Assembly (NCBI GenBank): GCA_965649765.1
Contig: OZ287755.1
Location: 3,410,001 to 3,474,000 of the forward strand
Direction of reading: 5' to 3'
DNA: 64,000 nucleotides
Origin: Bispira polyomma
Lineage: Eukaryota
Positions 25,131-40,291 of the stretch are shown here, piece by piece. The notes beneath the pieces were generated by a model. The model was not told the DNA's origin, made no database searches, and was given only the letters and a program-made list of their open reading frames with translations. The translations under genes were made by a program, and so were the position numbers. The stretch's first letter is position 1, and each line of letters begins with the position of its first letter.

Positions 25131-26369
25131 ATGACGATAACTGAATAAGTTGCCTGTTTTAGTCAGAAAAGGGTTAATTAGCGCTCTGAATACCAGATGA
25201 ATTACAATATGTCTGACATTTTCTAAATTACAGCATGAGCTGTTCTACACGTGTGCATTATGACACCATTTTGACAACTTGCTTTGAGTTGAGTAAGCCG
25301 AAGTAATATATTTACTTAACTGCTTTACTTAGCTGTTCCATTAATATAACACACCTACCACTAATGTCTCATCTACACGAATTCTCGCTTATCACAAAAA
25401 GATCTACCCTCTGTGTCAGAACTTTTTGGAAATTTTTCAGAAACATTTCGATAAGTCAGGTTCTGTAGTTCTTTTCACAAAAACCATCATGGATCAGACC
25501 ATTCGTGACAAGTTTAATGAGCTTGCCCCATTATTCTTAAAAATAACCATTTGTTTCTTTGTGAACGTAATGTGGGGCACAGATTGTAGTATGTAGCAGA
25601 AGGTGTGGGTTCGTTTCCAAAAGTCTTCAGGCGTAAGGATTAGTGACCATAAGTAACTAGTTTGCGAATATTATCGTGTTCAATTGTTTGTAAAAGTAAT
25701 GATTAGTCACCATAAGTGAGTATTTGTTTCATATTCGTGACACATTAGTGTCCATAAGTCTATATTTGTTCCATGTTAGTAACATCTTTGTGACGTGTTA
25801 GTGTCAGAAGGTAACTCGAACGTGACAGACAAAATGTTATAAAAAATGTGACGTCATAGGAAAATTTACAGAGAGATCGGCCAGTCTTTATAATAACCAC
25901 TAACAAATTGTTCACCAGCTGATTTAGTTGTCCATGCCCTAATTAGCCAGTGTGACTCAATAAAGACCTAAGATCATTGTATATATATTTAGATGTCTTC
26001 ATTCATATGCTCTTCAGGACATATAACTACAAACAATTCTAATTTGACCCAGGAAAAAATTACACATGGTTTAAATGCTTTAGCGTGTTAACTATTTAAC
26101 ATTTGAAATGTATAACTTTACTGGTTTAGAGTAAATATACTGCTTGTACAATTGTTCAACATTTCCAAAAGGTCGTTTTTTGTATTGTATTTTGCATTTT
26201 TAACACACCTTATTCAAGCCAAGCATTAATTAACCAATAGAAAAGTCTAAAACCATAGCCAGTTAGGGAGGGCATTAAGGGGGGTAAGAGTTTATCTATC
26301 ACACTAGCCATGTAAATAAAGGCAATAGTTTAAACAACACATACTAACCATTACAGTTATCCAGGCTCT

Positions 26370-26480
26370 TGTTTAGAGCCAGTGGATTACAGTGCATCAG
26401 CACTGGATTTCTTCTAGCATTAAAACCTTTCCGTCATGATGTGACTGAAGCTGTTGAAAACGATAAAAAAAAACTTAATT
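26370..26480 (+). mobile_element. SINE 3' fragment (same family as 32500-32740)
   Basis: CCGTCATGATGTGACTGAAGCTGTTGAAAA tail resembles the other copies. Confidence 0.5.
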
Positions 26481-27124
26481 TAATTAATTTGGGCATTGGT
26501 ACTGATACTCTGTTGTGTGACATATTGGTTGTATAACCATCCCATGGTAAGCTCTAAGTGTAAGAGTACATGTGGATCAAATATTTATTTACAATAATAT
26601 AGTATGGGTAACATATTAAAAAATATTCATCAATAGACAAGACAAAGTTGTGATTGGTATTTAACTGCCCAGTCATACAGTTGCAAATGCAATTGCTATG
26701 GGGAATACTTTAAACTTTAGAATAGAAGAGCCTGTGAAGGGCTAGAGATTAGCAGGTAAGTTCTACAATATCGAAGTTATCAGATTATATACTAAAACAT
26801 TTGAACAGTTAATAATGCTTATAACCTACGGCATTAGCCAGAAATTTAGCACAGTTAAAGTAACACTTTAAACTCTACTCAAAGCAAACAGGGTTGACTA
26901 TATATGACTTAATTATGATCTGCTCTATTCGTTTTAAGTGTACACATGTTTTGAACAAGGTACAAAATTAATGTACAAAACTACTGAAATAAGAGTTGTC
27001 TTTTACAAAATTACACAAACGCACAGTGTGAAATACACCAACGTGGATATGGCCTCTATGTACTCATCCCCCCTCCCCCTGCAAAAATTATACAGGTGTC
27101 AGTTCGTACACATATAATCTATTT

Positions 27125-27490
27125 GTATATAGATAAACACCAAGTGGCACTACATTATGTAAACTTCATGGGTATACTATTAAGTTTACATAATGTAGTG
27201 CCACGAGGTGGTTACCTATTATATTAATAATATATCAGACATTTTTAGCACGTATTTTTGTTGTAACGAATTCTAAGCCAGCAAAAACCACAGCCAGAGC
27301 CAAAAACCCAACCCAACAACATTTTTAAATGAAAATTGAAAATAAATTAAAAATGCTTCTTTGAAAATTTTCTTTATTAAATAGTAGAAAAACGCTACCC
27401 ACTACATCATTTTGTAATTCCACATTACTAGAAAAAATTGTTGTGCGAGTCTAATGGCAATGCATACCGCCTGAGTTTTACATTATAAAC
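27125..27490 (+). repeat. Dispersed repeat, copy 2, containing a 38-bp-arm hairpin (27129-27219)
   Basis: ATAGATAAACACCAAGTGGCACTACATTATGTAAACTT pairs with AAGTTTACATAATGTAGTGCCACGAGGTGGTTACCTAT. Confidence 0.8.
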
Positions 27491-28069
27491 ATTGTGGGCA
27501 TTCACAGTAGTTTGAAAAAATAACATCACATGTAGCAATCAAGTCTGCAACACCTACACTTAAACCACATTGATAATTCCACAAGTACCATCCATACAGT
27601 GACAAAACATAACAAAATAAAGATGAGCATCTTCACGGTAACAACCGCGAATAAACCCCGGGAATACTAGTGTTTTAGCATAGATCTCAGAAAAACTCCG
27701 AAAAGTCCAATTTTGCTCATTATTTTTTCTGCGCACTAAAATTGTATTTCTTGTTTGTTGAACTTTGGAAAATTGTTGGTGGGTTTTTAGTGCGAGCAAA
27801 CGAAAAATTTTAGCTTAAGTAATCATAAAGATATGGAAGGTTGTTAAACAGGAAATGGTTTATAGCAAAGAAGAACAACATTTTTTCAATGTCTAGTATG
27901 GACCATACTAACAGCAGACGCCAGAAACTGATTTAAAACCTAAAATATGTGGTCAAAATATGAGGTAAGGTGCAAAAGAACAATAAAATGGACGATTTTG
28001 GCTTCAATTGATAGTTTTGATATGTTTATGTCTACCAGTAAGGGTCACATTTCCCTAAGTAAAAACAGA

Positions 28070-28270
28070 GGTTCGAGGATGACACTATGTGTTAACATCC
28101 CAGCCATATGGGATAGGGCCCATGAAGTGCCTGGTGAATACAGTCATTGTAAAGTGGTCATCCGAGCCACACTATGCATCTGCCTAACATCAGGTCATCC
28201 CAGACTGTGAAGGAAGCCAGGTCCTCTGTGTTACAGAGCGAGTGTGTTACCCACTATACCACACTGACTC
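28070..28270 (-). mobile_element. Decayed tRNA-derived SINE
   Basis: Minus-strand head GAGTCAGTGTGGTATAGTGGGTAACAC is A-box-like. Confidence 0.45.
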
Positions 28271-31200
28271 TGATCTAATGTTGAATTATCCACTTACTAT
28301 AGAGGGCCAACTAATTAGGAATAACACTTGTCAAAGCATGGTATACTGTAATGCTTACCACAATTTGAGGCGTACTAACACAAAGGTGAAGCTCCAAGAG
28401 TGGTAAAAACTAACCGTATACCATACTTTGGAATGGGTTATTCCCATTTTTACATGACAAATTAATACGTTTATGGGAATTTTGCTGTATTTAATGGAAT
28501 ACTAGAATTTACTTGAAGAAACAGGCCCCTGTGTACTATATGTTTATTTTTACAGAATCTTTTGACCAATCAGAATCACTGACACAGAGTTAGTGTAATG
28601 TTAGAATTCTGGTTTATTTTGATGGCAGTAAGGAGGAACATTTATTTTTTATAGGTCTTACACTTTTAAAAACCACACTATATGTGCTGATGTATCAATA
28701 TCAAATTTGCTTGCTGAAGGAGTGACTTTCTTTTTATTCTGCCCGCTATTATATCAGATTATTTTTAGAGGTAAAGAAAGAACTTAATTGTTAACGGTTT
28801 TTCTAAAAACTAAAGCACCTACATTGTTAATGATGTGCAAAAACATTCTGTTTAAAATAACAAATGTTGACTCTTTTGTGCTGCACAGGTTTATAATTAA
28901 CTTCACTGTTTCGAATGAAAATGATACATAAACATTTTCAGGAAAATTGTCGGGAACACATTTTCAACTATCACCTATTTGTCACGATGCGAATTTATTA
29001 GGTAAATAAGCTACAATTAAATTGATTACCAGTTATTTTTTGTGTGTAGTATAACCACGTTTTGGTATTTAATGTTCTGAAATAGCCTGGTTGTTGAAAG
29101 CTAAGAGTGGAAATTTTTAACTCCCCAAAAGTTTAAAGTGCTAGCGACAAACATGTTTTTGTTAGTGAAGGGAGCAGTATTCTCCTATAATGATCCAGTA
29201 GCACCAATATATCCAGACATGTCATATAATGGTGTCATGTATATTGCTTGATTTGCCTAGTTTGGTAGAACTCAGTGATGTAAATGGCTAACCTCTCACA
29301 TCTCTGCTTGTGTGGGTTAAACCTCAGCCGTCACACTTTACTAGTTAGCCCTAACTATCACGATTATATTCTACTGTTTATCGGATTATATCATTTAACT
29401 AAAATATTGTAAATAACATAGCATCTGTTATACACCACTGGGGTAGTTGTTTTTCAATATATACCACGGCTAGCAATGTCATCGTGTACAATCGGGTATA
29501 TTCTGGGTCAACTGCTGATAAGCTTGTAACAGCTTGGGGAACGATCAGTGTGATTGGGTATAGCTCTGTATGACTCCTGATAGACTCTTGATAAAATCTG
29601 CATGACTCTTGACAGATTCTTAATAAAGGCTTGGCTCTTGGTCTGGAAAAAACCTGTAGTAGTTTTTAGCGAGCTTTGTTTAAGGCATTTATCCCAAATT
29701 GACAGTATTATTTTTGACTTTTCACAAGTTTCCAACTTAGGGCGAAAATCTTGTTCCCCGGTGACATATCTCTCGGCAAACAGTTGACAACATAGTGATA
29801 TTATTTTACTTTCCTTCAATACAGCACATTTGCCATTTATTAGTATACTTGGGGCAACATTCATAAAAAAGGTCTTTGAATTAGGCCGAACTTAGGTTCT
29901 ACTTAGTCGTAAATCGATTACTTTGGTCTCAGCCAAGTTTTGGCCTTAAATGATATTAATAAAATGAGGCTTAACTAAAACTTTGTTGAGACAAAAATAG
30001 TTACTTTAAAATGTTTTATTGACAATAAATAGAGTAACATTTATATAGAGACACACCTATAGACAATATAATTACGTAGGCCCAAAATAAATTTTCTTTC
30101 TTTGGAATTAGACTTAACACTGGCTGAATTCCCTTGAAATATTCAAGAATCCAAATTTGTTAAGAATTAGATCACTTTTTGTTTAAGTCACATGACAGGT
30201 TATGGTGAGTATTGTTCATTATTCTAGATAATAATATTAAAATTTAATCTTAAAATTTTAATATTTTTCACTGTAAACTTACAACCCATTACCGACTTGT
30301 CATAAGTAGAATACCAATAAGACTTAGACAAAAGCCTTCTGACCAAAACTTAAGACAAAATACTTAGATTTAATGTCCTAAATAATGATTATATCAAATA
30401 CATAATCATATTTATATCACTAAAGGAAGGCTAACTTTGTATGTGAAGCTTAGTCCAGAACTAATTTTTACCGGCTCGTGGTGGAGCCTTGAAAAGCCTG
30501 TGTGTGTGGAGGCCAGTTGAATATTTGCTTTTCACTGACACAGATATATATTATTATATTATGATATTGTTCTTCCCATTCATGAATTCATACTAGTGAA
30601 CAAAATAACCCACCTCCACCCCAGTCTCCACTCTCAAATCTGCATATCTGACATCCTTTTCTGTGTAACCATTTCTGTATGTTTTTTTTTTTGTTTGTAA
30701 ATCATACTTTTTAATATTGGTGGGTAAGAGTCCTTCACCACATATATGTAAATAAATAATGTATATGTAAGTCACTTGTGTGATGTAATCAAATAGAAGA
30801 TTTTGTATACTTGGTTTAATACATACATTTTTATCAGTTGCATAAAATGGTCATTTCAATCCACTTCTTGTGTTTTTATCTTGGTTTAAAAATATTCCCG
30901 AATTTAGGCTGATATCAAAATGTTCCTAAATACAGCCTGGGAATTCTGTGTCTAAAAAGTATACAGAAGAAGCCATCATCAAATACCCTGAGTTGTTAGT
31001 GGGGGTTTGTTTAAGTGACACCTGAACCTAATTACCATGCGCAATTTCTTTTAGTACAGGGGGGTGTTGTTTTATGGGGGTATCATTTACAGGTCCTGTT
31101 AATTTTATTTTGCGACCCATATTTTTTACAACAAAATAGGAATTCTTTCTAAAAGGAAATATTACATTTTTTTTATCTGACAACAATTGATATTGTGGTT

Positions 31201-32499
31201 TGAAGGGGTTGTACCTAATGACCCCTACTGACACAGCTGACGTGTAATGTCTTAATCAACATTAATGGTGGTGTAATGTAAGGATTAACTGTCACAAGAA
31301 CCCATCAAATCTCATTAATCTACATATTTGATTCTCCTGACTTGCTCACAAGAGACACTTATTTTCTTTCCATTAACAGAAAGAGAATGTTAAAACTCAA
31401 CTGGCAACAATATCACAACAAGTAAGTTAATGGATAAGTGTATTGAATGTAATGCGTGAGCAAATGATTGTAGATTCTGTATATTCTGTATATGAGTTAT
31501 ATATCATTTGTTAATGTGACTATAGTGAAATATATGCTTAGTTACTTCTACCAAATGTGGTTAAATTTTGTCATTCTTTGGTTGGATAGTTTATCTCCGC
31601 ACCTATAGGTTAGAGTATGCATGTTAGTATGCCCTCTCTTTAAAAATAGAGTATATTTACTCGTTCCTAAAGGAATTCATTAACTTACAACCCAACACTT
31701 ATATATTTTACATAGTTCTGTCTAAAATTCCATTTAGTTTATGATTTCTTGTTAATGAAGTAAATAAGTGTATTCTAGTTAAAAATACTGGACACCTTTT
31801 TCAATTGGAACATCTCAAAGTATAATTTATATATAATTAAGGATGAGTAGTGCCCATAAAACTTCCTTTTTTGTCACACTCATCAAATACAGCTGTTCAG
31901 ACCCCAAACAGAGGGTCTCTAATTAAGATTTTACTGATGTTATGTTAGTTCCACATTCTAGTCAATGGTAAATATGATTTTATGCACTTTATCAAGAGGG
32001 AGTCAGTGGCCTACCACATTATGTTGTTGTGGTATTGCCATATAGTTCGTTTTAGTTTCATGCTTTGATTTAAAAAAAAAAATAACATATTATTCATCAA
32101 CCAATATATTTAGACATATGATTCATGTATATTTCACCAATAATCTACAGTGAGTCAATTTAGTATGAACTAAATACTAAACACACATAAGAAAAATATC
32201 ACTAGATGGAGTCTTGATAGACTGAATACATCGGCCAAATTTCAACAATACAAGAAGTAAAGAGAGGCTGGATCTGTCATTCTACATTGATCAACTCTAA
32301 ATATTCAAGGCATGGTTTGACTAACCTTTCTACTTACTAAGACCTTTGAGGTAAAATAACTTTACATCTACACAGTTTTATGGTATGGCATGGCGAGTCA
32401 ATTACTAACCTGTGCAGATAGTCTGCCAAACAGTAAAAAATGATTTTGGTAAACATTATTCACCATAGAGAGATACTTACATTATACACTGAAATTCCA

Positions 32500-32740
32500 G
32501 GCCACCTCCAATGAGCTACAGTGACCTAAAGGTTACAAGCATTAGCTACACAGTCACTGTCCTCTCAGCAATTTGGGTTGGAATCATGTTTGTTCCTTCA
32601 TGTGGGAAAGTTTGTCATGTACTTGCCGTAGACCAATGCTTTACAGTGGCTTTAGCATTGATTTCTTCCTCCCTTAAATCTGGCCGTCATGTATATTACC
32701 AAAGCTGCTGAAAGTGGCGCAAAACCCAACTAAATTAAAA
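32500..32740 (+). mobile_element. Meta-domain-like SINE (molluscan type)
   Basis: CATGTGGGAAAGTTTGTC..ACTTGCCG...CTGGCCGTCATG...TGAAAGTGGCG.AAAACCCAAC; homologous copies at 47.1 and 60.2 kb. Confidence 0.7.
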
Positions 32741-33689
32741 TTCAATGCCGACAAGACAAGCATCGCACATTCAATATTCGCAGATACCATGTAATGAGGT
32801 TGAGTAGTTTTAATCAATGCACTAATCTACCACTGAACACAACAAACCACCGGATAGAAGTAAGATCTTGCAGCAGGTGTTTTCTAAAGGTGATTGAATC
32901 CTTGGTGTTACCTGATACACTAGGCATCACTGTTATTAGCTAAATTAGTTTGGCTCCCAGATAAATTATTCAACTAATTGGAATTCTTGAAGCAACATGA
33001 GCGAAGGCTTCACTTATACACATAGCCTTAACACATGCAGACTGTGTGGTAATTTGTACTATTAGCAAAGCACAAAATCTTAATTATCCAGAAAAATAGG
33101 TTACCAGGGTGAGAATATGTGAACAAACTTTCACTGTTTATCAAATGGAAGAATTTTCTAATATATAACACATGATTATACTATATTAGCATTCAATACA
33201 GAGCATTCCTCTGCTACAGGTGACAACATAGTGGACAAAAAGACACCATTAAATCTTAATAAGTAAGAGTCAATATCGTAGAACCAACCACTGGAATATA
33301 ATCATGTAATTTGAAAAAATGTTCTTATTTAATAAACCCACAGTGTTCAACTGATCAACGAGCAAGAAATGTAACTTTGTTTATCATTTCTACATTGGCA
33401 TCGGTTTTCTATGGTAAAATAGGTGCATGTCCAGGGCGATTTTTCATATTTACACTTTACAGTTATTTAACTTAGTCACCATTCCCTTGGTGGATGCTTT
33501 CTGGTAACAATCTTTTGCTTGCCCCTGGACTATCACTTGTTGGATATCGGCATCTTAGAGGATGTTTTCATTAATTTGGCGCTATATTAATGTTCCAATT
33601 ATTATTATTTAAACCATCTTCATGTTAAGAGAATATGGTAATAAGATGCCCCAAAGTTTAAACACTTAGAAGTCATTCAGAAACTTAGA

Positions 33690-36588
33690 AGGCATTCATA
33701 CGGTCAAGCACTCAATCATTGAATTTAATTGAAAACATTTTGTCTCACAGTATTTCTGGGATGGATAGCTCCAAACTAATAATGGGTCAGCCTTTCGGTG
33801 GCTGTGGGGTGCTGTGGAGGAAAGACCTTGTCTGTGAAGTTGAACCAGTCATAACTAACTCAAAACATTCATGTGCTGTTTCAGCTAAGTTTACTGGCTG
33901 TAATATTCTCATCTATCCAGTATATATGCCATGTGAGACTAATAATACCAGATGTACTGATTAAAGTAATGTCCTACAGAGTTTGCTTGTATTGACTAAT
34001 AACCCAGCTTTTGACTATATCAATTATTAACTTTGTTAACGACCAAAATTTAGATTGTGTCTCTTCTTGTAAAAACTTAAGTGACATCAGTTATACATTT
34101 GAAAGTAAAGTTAACGGTTCTCGCTCATTTATTGATCACTTTATTGTTAGTAAAAATCTATGTAAAGGTGTTGAAGTATATGATGTTTATAGTGAAGTAG
34201 ATAACCCATCTGATCATTTGCCTATTCTCTTACAATTAAAACCTGATATAAGTATGATATATATTAATACTGATTTTTGCAGTGTTTCTTCTCCTAAGGT
34301 TATATGGAATGAAGCAACTGCAAGTGAAATATACAACTATAAACAATTGTTTGGTAGTAGTTTACAAAATGTTGACATTCCATGGGATGCCATAAAATTT
34401 ACCAATTTGTTTTGTGCAGAATATGTAACTCAGATCCAGGAGTTTACTGACAATATTATACGTGCATGTTTACAGAGTAGTTGTGATTGTAATGTTGTAA
34501 TGCAGTGCCTGGATAGAATAGTTTGGTAAAAGATCTACATCAGAAAGCATTATTATGGCACTCCATGTGGAAAAACACTGGCTGTCCTAGGGTTGGGGTT
34601 ATAGCTAATATAAGGCGCTCAACTCGAGCAAAATATCATGCAAGCATAAAAATTAAAGATAACACTATTGCTGACAAACTGGCTAATAAAATGAATAATA
34701 ATGACTATGTCACCTTTTAGAAAGATAATAGAAAACTGTAAAGTACAAAAGCTATCATGCATGGTAAATAATTTAGTAGGTGAATCAAATATTGACAATA
34801 CTTTTAAAGACAAGTACAGTGTACTATACAATTGTGTATCATTTAACACAAAAGAACTGGTTACAGTTTCTGAGGAGATCAATTATGGTATCTCTGAATG
34901 TTGTTCAAAGGCTAAATGTTCTTCTGAACACAATATTGATACTACCTCAGTCCTGAAAGCAATTAAGCAACTAAAAAGGGTAAAGCTGATGGAACATGTA
35001 GTTTAAGTACTAACCATTTAATTCAAGGATCTTATAAACTTGTTATTTATATTTCATTATTATTCAATTGTATGTTTTATCATGGTGTTGCTTCCAAAGG
35101 ATTATTGGAATCCATAGTTATTCCGATACCAAAGAACAAAAGAATATCACCTAACGATATTAATAATTATAGGGGAATTGCACTAAACTCTATTTTAGGG
35201 AAGGTATTTGACAGTGTTATTATTGCAATGCATGAAAATATTCTTTCTACTTGTGAGAGGCAATATGGATTTAGGAAAGGACATTCTACTACACAGTGTA
35301 CATTTGTTTTTGAAGAAGTTATAAATTACTATAAAAACAGGCATTTGATAGAGTTCACTATGTCAAACTATTCAAAGTCTTGACGAGTAGGAAGTTATGT
35401 ATGCTTACAGCAGGACTGTTATTGTTTATTTACAGTTATAAAAAAATATCTGTTAAACGTCAAAAATTCTCAGTCTCAATGTTGTCAAACAGGGTGGTGT
35501 TCTGTCTCCTTTGCTTTTTACCTTGTATATTGATAACTTGTTTGTTAGGTTGCAAAAGTCTGGTTTTTAGTGTCATGTAGGGAATCTCTTCACTGGTGCA
35601 TTTGGCTATGCAGATGATATTGTATTATTAGCCCCAACACTTTATTCTTTAAACAAGATGTATAATATTTGTATGGAATTTCGGAGAAAGTTACAACATC
35701 ATATTTAACCATGAGAAAAGTAAACTACTGATGTACGGTGATAGCACAAGTAAAATTACTGCTGGCAATAATGATATCAAATGTGAAGGTTATGAAAAAC
35801 ATGTGGGTCATTTAATTGGTTCTCAATTAATGGATAAAGATATTAGATATAAAATAGGTGAAATCATCATTCATGTTAATCATATGTCATTCATGTTTCA
35901 GTATTTCGTAATGCCTCATTTGATGTCAAGTACTATTTATTTAAATCTTATTGCATGTCTTTGCATGGCTGTGTATTGTGGGATTATTCTACTCCTCACA
36001 TCGAAAATCTTTATGTTACTTGGAGAAAATGTGTTAGACAGATTTTAGGTTTACCCTATAACACCCATTGTGGCATTTTGCTATTAATATGTAATGATCT
36101 GCCTATTGATTGTCAGATGCACAAGAGAGTTGTTAGTTTTTGGAATCAATTATTCAGGTCTGAAAATGCATATAATAAAATTTTTCTAAAGTTAGCGATT
36201 AATGGAAGTAGATTAAGATTATCTAACACGATCAATATATTATGTCACAAATATGTTTTTGATAAAAATAATTTACTTTTAACAAGATTAAATTCTGCTA
36301 TAAATGTGATAAGGAAATCATTTAATGATAAAATTAGTATACACTCTGCTGTTTATAGTGAAATTGTATGAGACATGTCAATCCTAAGAGACAGCAAAAA
36401 TTACAAAGTTTACAATAATAATAAAATTATGATTATGACAAATTTTGCATGTTTGGCATAATGTACATATGTTGCAGAAATTTTTATTTCTTATCTTGGT
36501 TTTAAGTTTTGTTTTGTCATTGTATTTACCATACATTACTGTACATTACTTGTATTTGTACAAATTAAATAAATAAATAAGTAAATAA
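33690..36588 (+). mobile_element. RTEX/RTE-like LINE ORF2 (APE endonuclease plus RT), near full ORF2, pseudogenised
   Basis: GQPFGG, VYMPC, SFIDHF and SDHLPI (EN); NYRGIAL, QYGFRKGHST, KQGGVLSP and GYADDIVLL (RT); (TAAA)n tail at 36565-36588. Confidence 0.88.
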
Positions 36589-37007
36589 TGTTAAGGTGCC
36601 AAAGTAGTGAGCATATTTCTATATCGATGAATTTCTAGATATACACTTGAAAAGGTATCAAATGCTTGTTACAAATTTTTTATTCACCTACTATTGCCCA
36701 ATCTTTACATTTATCATTTAAAAAAACTCTGCTCTGTAATACTGTGTTTGTAAAGCAATTGTTACACATTCATCCAATGTGTGTGACCAGTAATGAAATG
36801 TATTCTAGAATTTGATAAGCACGAGAGTAAGGTAACTAAAACAGTTATCTCTAATAATAAAGATAAAAAATGGAAAACAGTTATCACCCTTACACCTACT
36901 GAATAAAAAAGTGGGTGTATTGTATGAGCACAGCAAAACATTAGTCACATCCGCACGGGCTATTTAGTTAAAGAAACAATAGTCTGATATAAAGTGGCAT
37001 CACACGT

Positions 37008-38355
37008 ATATTATTATTATAGATTTTTAACGCGCTTTATTGATGCTAGGCATCTTCTAAAGCGCAACAGCAGAATCATTGGTCCCATCATTAAGTCCAT
37101 GGACATTGCAAAGTCGTAAGGAAGGAAGTGGGAGCATGCACGAGGAAAGCTAAGGTGGGTAGGCAAGATTAAAAAGATAGGTTTTAAGCTTTTTCCTAAA
37201 ACCGATAAGTGTGTCAACTGATATGAGCTCGACTAGGAGACTGTTCCATAACCGTGGAGCTGTAGTGGAGAACGCTCTGAATCCTGCCTTTCTGATTGGG
37301 CTGACCGAAGTGACAGGGAGTCTGTTGCCTCTGTTATGGTTACTGAAGGAAAGAAGGGAGGCAAGGTAGGGGGGCTGTTGAGTCACTACAGCCTTAAAAG
37401 TAGTAATGTGAATCTTAAACAAAACGCAAGATTTAATGGGCAGCCAGTGTAATTTTTTAAGGTAAGGAGTGACGTCTGTGCGACAACCCAGGCGAAAAAT
37501 GACCCTACATAGGTAGTTTTGGATGGACTGGAGCTTTTCAATGTGTGACTTGTTTGCTCTGTACAAGAGAGAATTGCAGTAGTCGAGGCGGCTACTCACA
37601 AGGGCATTTGCCACAGTTATCGCTGTGTCCTTGGACAAGTGGTTTCTGATTCTTTTGATGTTGCGTACGTGGTAATAGCAGGAGCGACAGATGTTGGCAA
37701 TATGAGTATCGAACGAAAAAGTTAAATCGAAAGTGACACCCAGGTTTTTGGCATTTTTGGATGGTAGTATGTTTTTTCCCAGCAGGGAGATGGGAAACAA
37801 AGATTTTAGGAGTTCACTGTTTTTCTTGTTTCCTATGAGGATGAATTCTGTTTTGTCAGGGTTAAGTTTTAGTTTGGAGTAGTTAATCCACGCCTGGACA
37901 TCAGGCAGACAGTCTGCAAGTAGGTCTATGTTAGTATTTGCATTTTGTGGATTGAGAGAGAGATAGACTTGAGTGTCATCTGCATCCATGTGGTTTTTTT
38001 TCTGTGTTTGTTGATGACAGTGCTGAGAGGATGGGTATAAAGGGTGAAAAGTAGAGGGCCAAGGACGGATCCCTGGGGTACTCCATATGGTAGCTTTATG
38101 GAAGATGATAGGTGATCATCTAATTTATTTCTTTGTGCCCTAAGAGTAAGGTAGGATCTGATCCATTTAAGGACACTGCCATTTACCGAAACACTGCTTG
38201 AGAGTGTCGCAGAGCAGGACATGATCAATAGTGTCGAATGCAGCAGAGAGATCCAGAAGGGTGAGGACCCCACTGTGTCATTGGGGTCCAGTGCAAGATT
38301 GATATCATTGCTGATGGAAAAAAGGGCACTTTCTGTAGAGTAAAATTTTGTATAT
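37008..38355 (-). mobile_element. 5'-truncated L2 LINE
   Basis: LDLSAAFDTIDH, GVPQGSVLGPLLF, ADDTQVY, LNPDKTE and SRLDYCNSLL motifs; 3' stem-loop GCGCTTTAG...TAAAGCGC and a (TAA)n tail. Confidence 0.93.
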
Positions 38356-40291
38356 GAGTCATATATGAGGGACGAGGATATTTATTGGATTAGTTCTGCT
38401 AGAAAAACTCCATTCATAGAAGAATAAAGTTTTTCATATAAAACAGTCTCTGCAATGTGAAAAACAGTGCTGAAAGTAATATATGACTAAGAGATACAAA
38501 GGTTATACCAATGGTATGAATTGTTACTTCGCTGTTCTGAAAATGAGAATACCTTGTACTGAATGTGTAAACTTGAATGGGGCTGCAACTCATTATTAGC
38601 AGTTTAAGGTTACCATCAATTTGCATTTAGGAAGTGTTACAGTTTATTGTCGTCTGTTTTCTTATGCGTGTGACCTGGGTTTTTGACACCTGTGTGTTAA
38701 TAAGAAAAACAATTGAAGCAAGAATGGCTTAGAATAAAGACAACTTATGTTTTCATATAATCACATCCACACAATTACAATTCTTTACAGTATTTTCATT
38801 TATTTTTGTGTTTTACATTTGCTTATTGCACGGTGGCAGACACTTTATATGTGGATCAAAATGACGGACCTTCAGCAAATGAGGGCTAGAGTGTTACCCA
38901 AACATACCATCGAGGCCCACACCAGCTAATACAAAGATATACAAGATTTGACACACATTTACAAATTATTATGTGCAATAATATATAGAAGACAATGGCA
39001 AAGATGTCGCCAATCAAAGTTAGCTAATTCTTCTATATATTACATATTTTATTTTAAGAGTATATTTTTAATAGATCAGGTATGCTTCTATTTAAATAGG
39101 TATAACGGTACACTAAATGAAATACAAAGTATTGTATTGGATGACTATATATATATATATATATGACTAGTTTCATAGAATGGTTCAGTGGAAGCTTCTT
39201 GGTGTTAAAAAAACCCTCGCCTCACAAACTGCAGCCATTCACAATTGAGTAGAACTCATTACTTGGAGCTCACTCACTGCTCAGTAGGCAGTCTATTTCT
39301 TGTAACTGATCAGACGTACCAGGGTTAATGTGTGTGTGTGATTCTGAATATGATGAGGTTTGGTGTTTTGAGGTTTGATCACATTTCAAGGATAGACTAA
39401 ACAACCTCAGCTTGTGGAATTAGGTTTTGATTTAACCATTTGTGTGATTGTTGTACAAACTACACTGTGGAGGAGTAGATTAGTGAAAATGGTGGACATG
39501 TTATCAGTTGGAACTTTTGTCAAAGGCTACCATTTTACCAAAAAACATAAATCTAATAGATCTATACCTCATCGATCTTGAGTAAGTAATTATTGTCATT
39601 TACTTGTGTCACATATAATCATGTTAAATAATCAAAAGACATGTTGACCTGAATTCATGTACAGTACATTTTCAAATTTACATCCAAGAATAAATTTTTA
39701 AAAATATTTAAATTTTCAGTCTTTCAAATATACACAAGCTATATTTTTTACGTGATGTCTCATTAACATGTTATCTTAACATGAAAATATATAGCTTGGA
39801 TATGCACCGATTTTGCAACAAAAAAATATGCAATGCAGAAAGATTAAAGAACCTAATCTTGTATGATATTAGTAGCAGGTTGTGTGTGGATTTTTGATTA
39901 ATTTGGATATCCACAATAAACTATATTTACACAGGATAAATGAACGTTTTTATTGAAGATAGGAGCTACACATTGGATATTATCCTGAAAACACTAATAT
40001 ATCTACAACATTGTCCAAACTTATGTTGGTTCCCAACATTCTAATAGAAAGGATACTGCAACTTGTTACTTTATGTAATATAAAAATATATATCTTTTTA
40101 ATAATATTCAACACATTAGATGTTGCCAATGTGTTACATTGTAATTAGCATTACTTTAAACAAACACATTTGTGTGCACAAATCACTCATACATTGTAGT
40201 TTTTCAGTGGAATATTACGAGTGTTTAAAATGCCTAAACCTTATGAGAGGTCTTTGCTGAGCCTGGATAAATCCTGCAGTGACTTTTAGCC

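Noticed and set aside
29508-29864. 118-aa ORF (and other short ORFs such as 15241, 47447, 27947)
   Set aside because: No recognisable motifs or splice structure; these are likely chance ORFs in AT-rich or repeat DNA.
33690-36588. Any retroelement in the window being currently autonomous
   Set aside because: All LINE and YR copies carry multiple stops, frameshifts or deletions.
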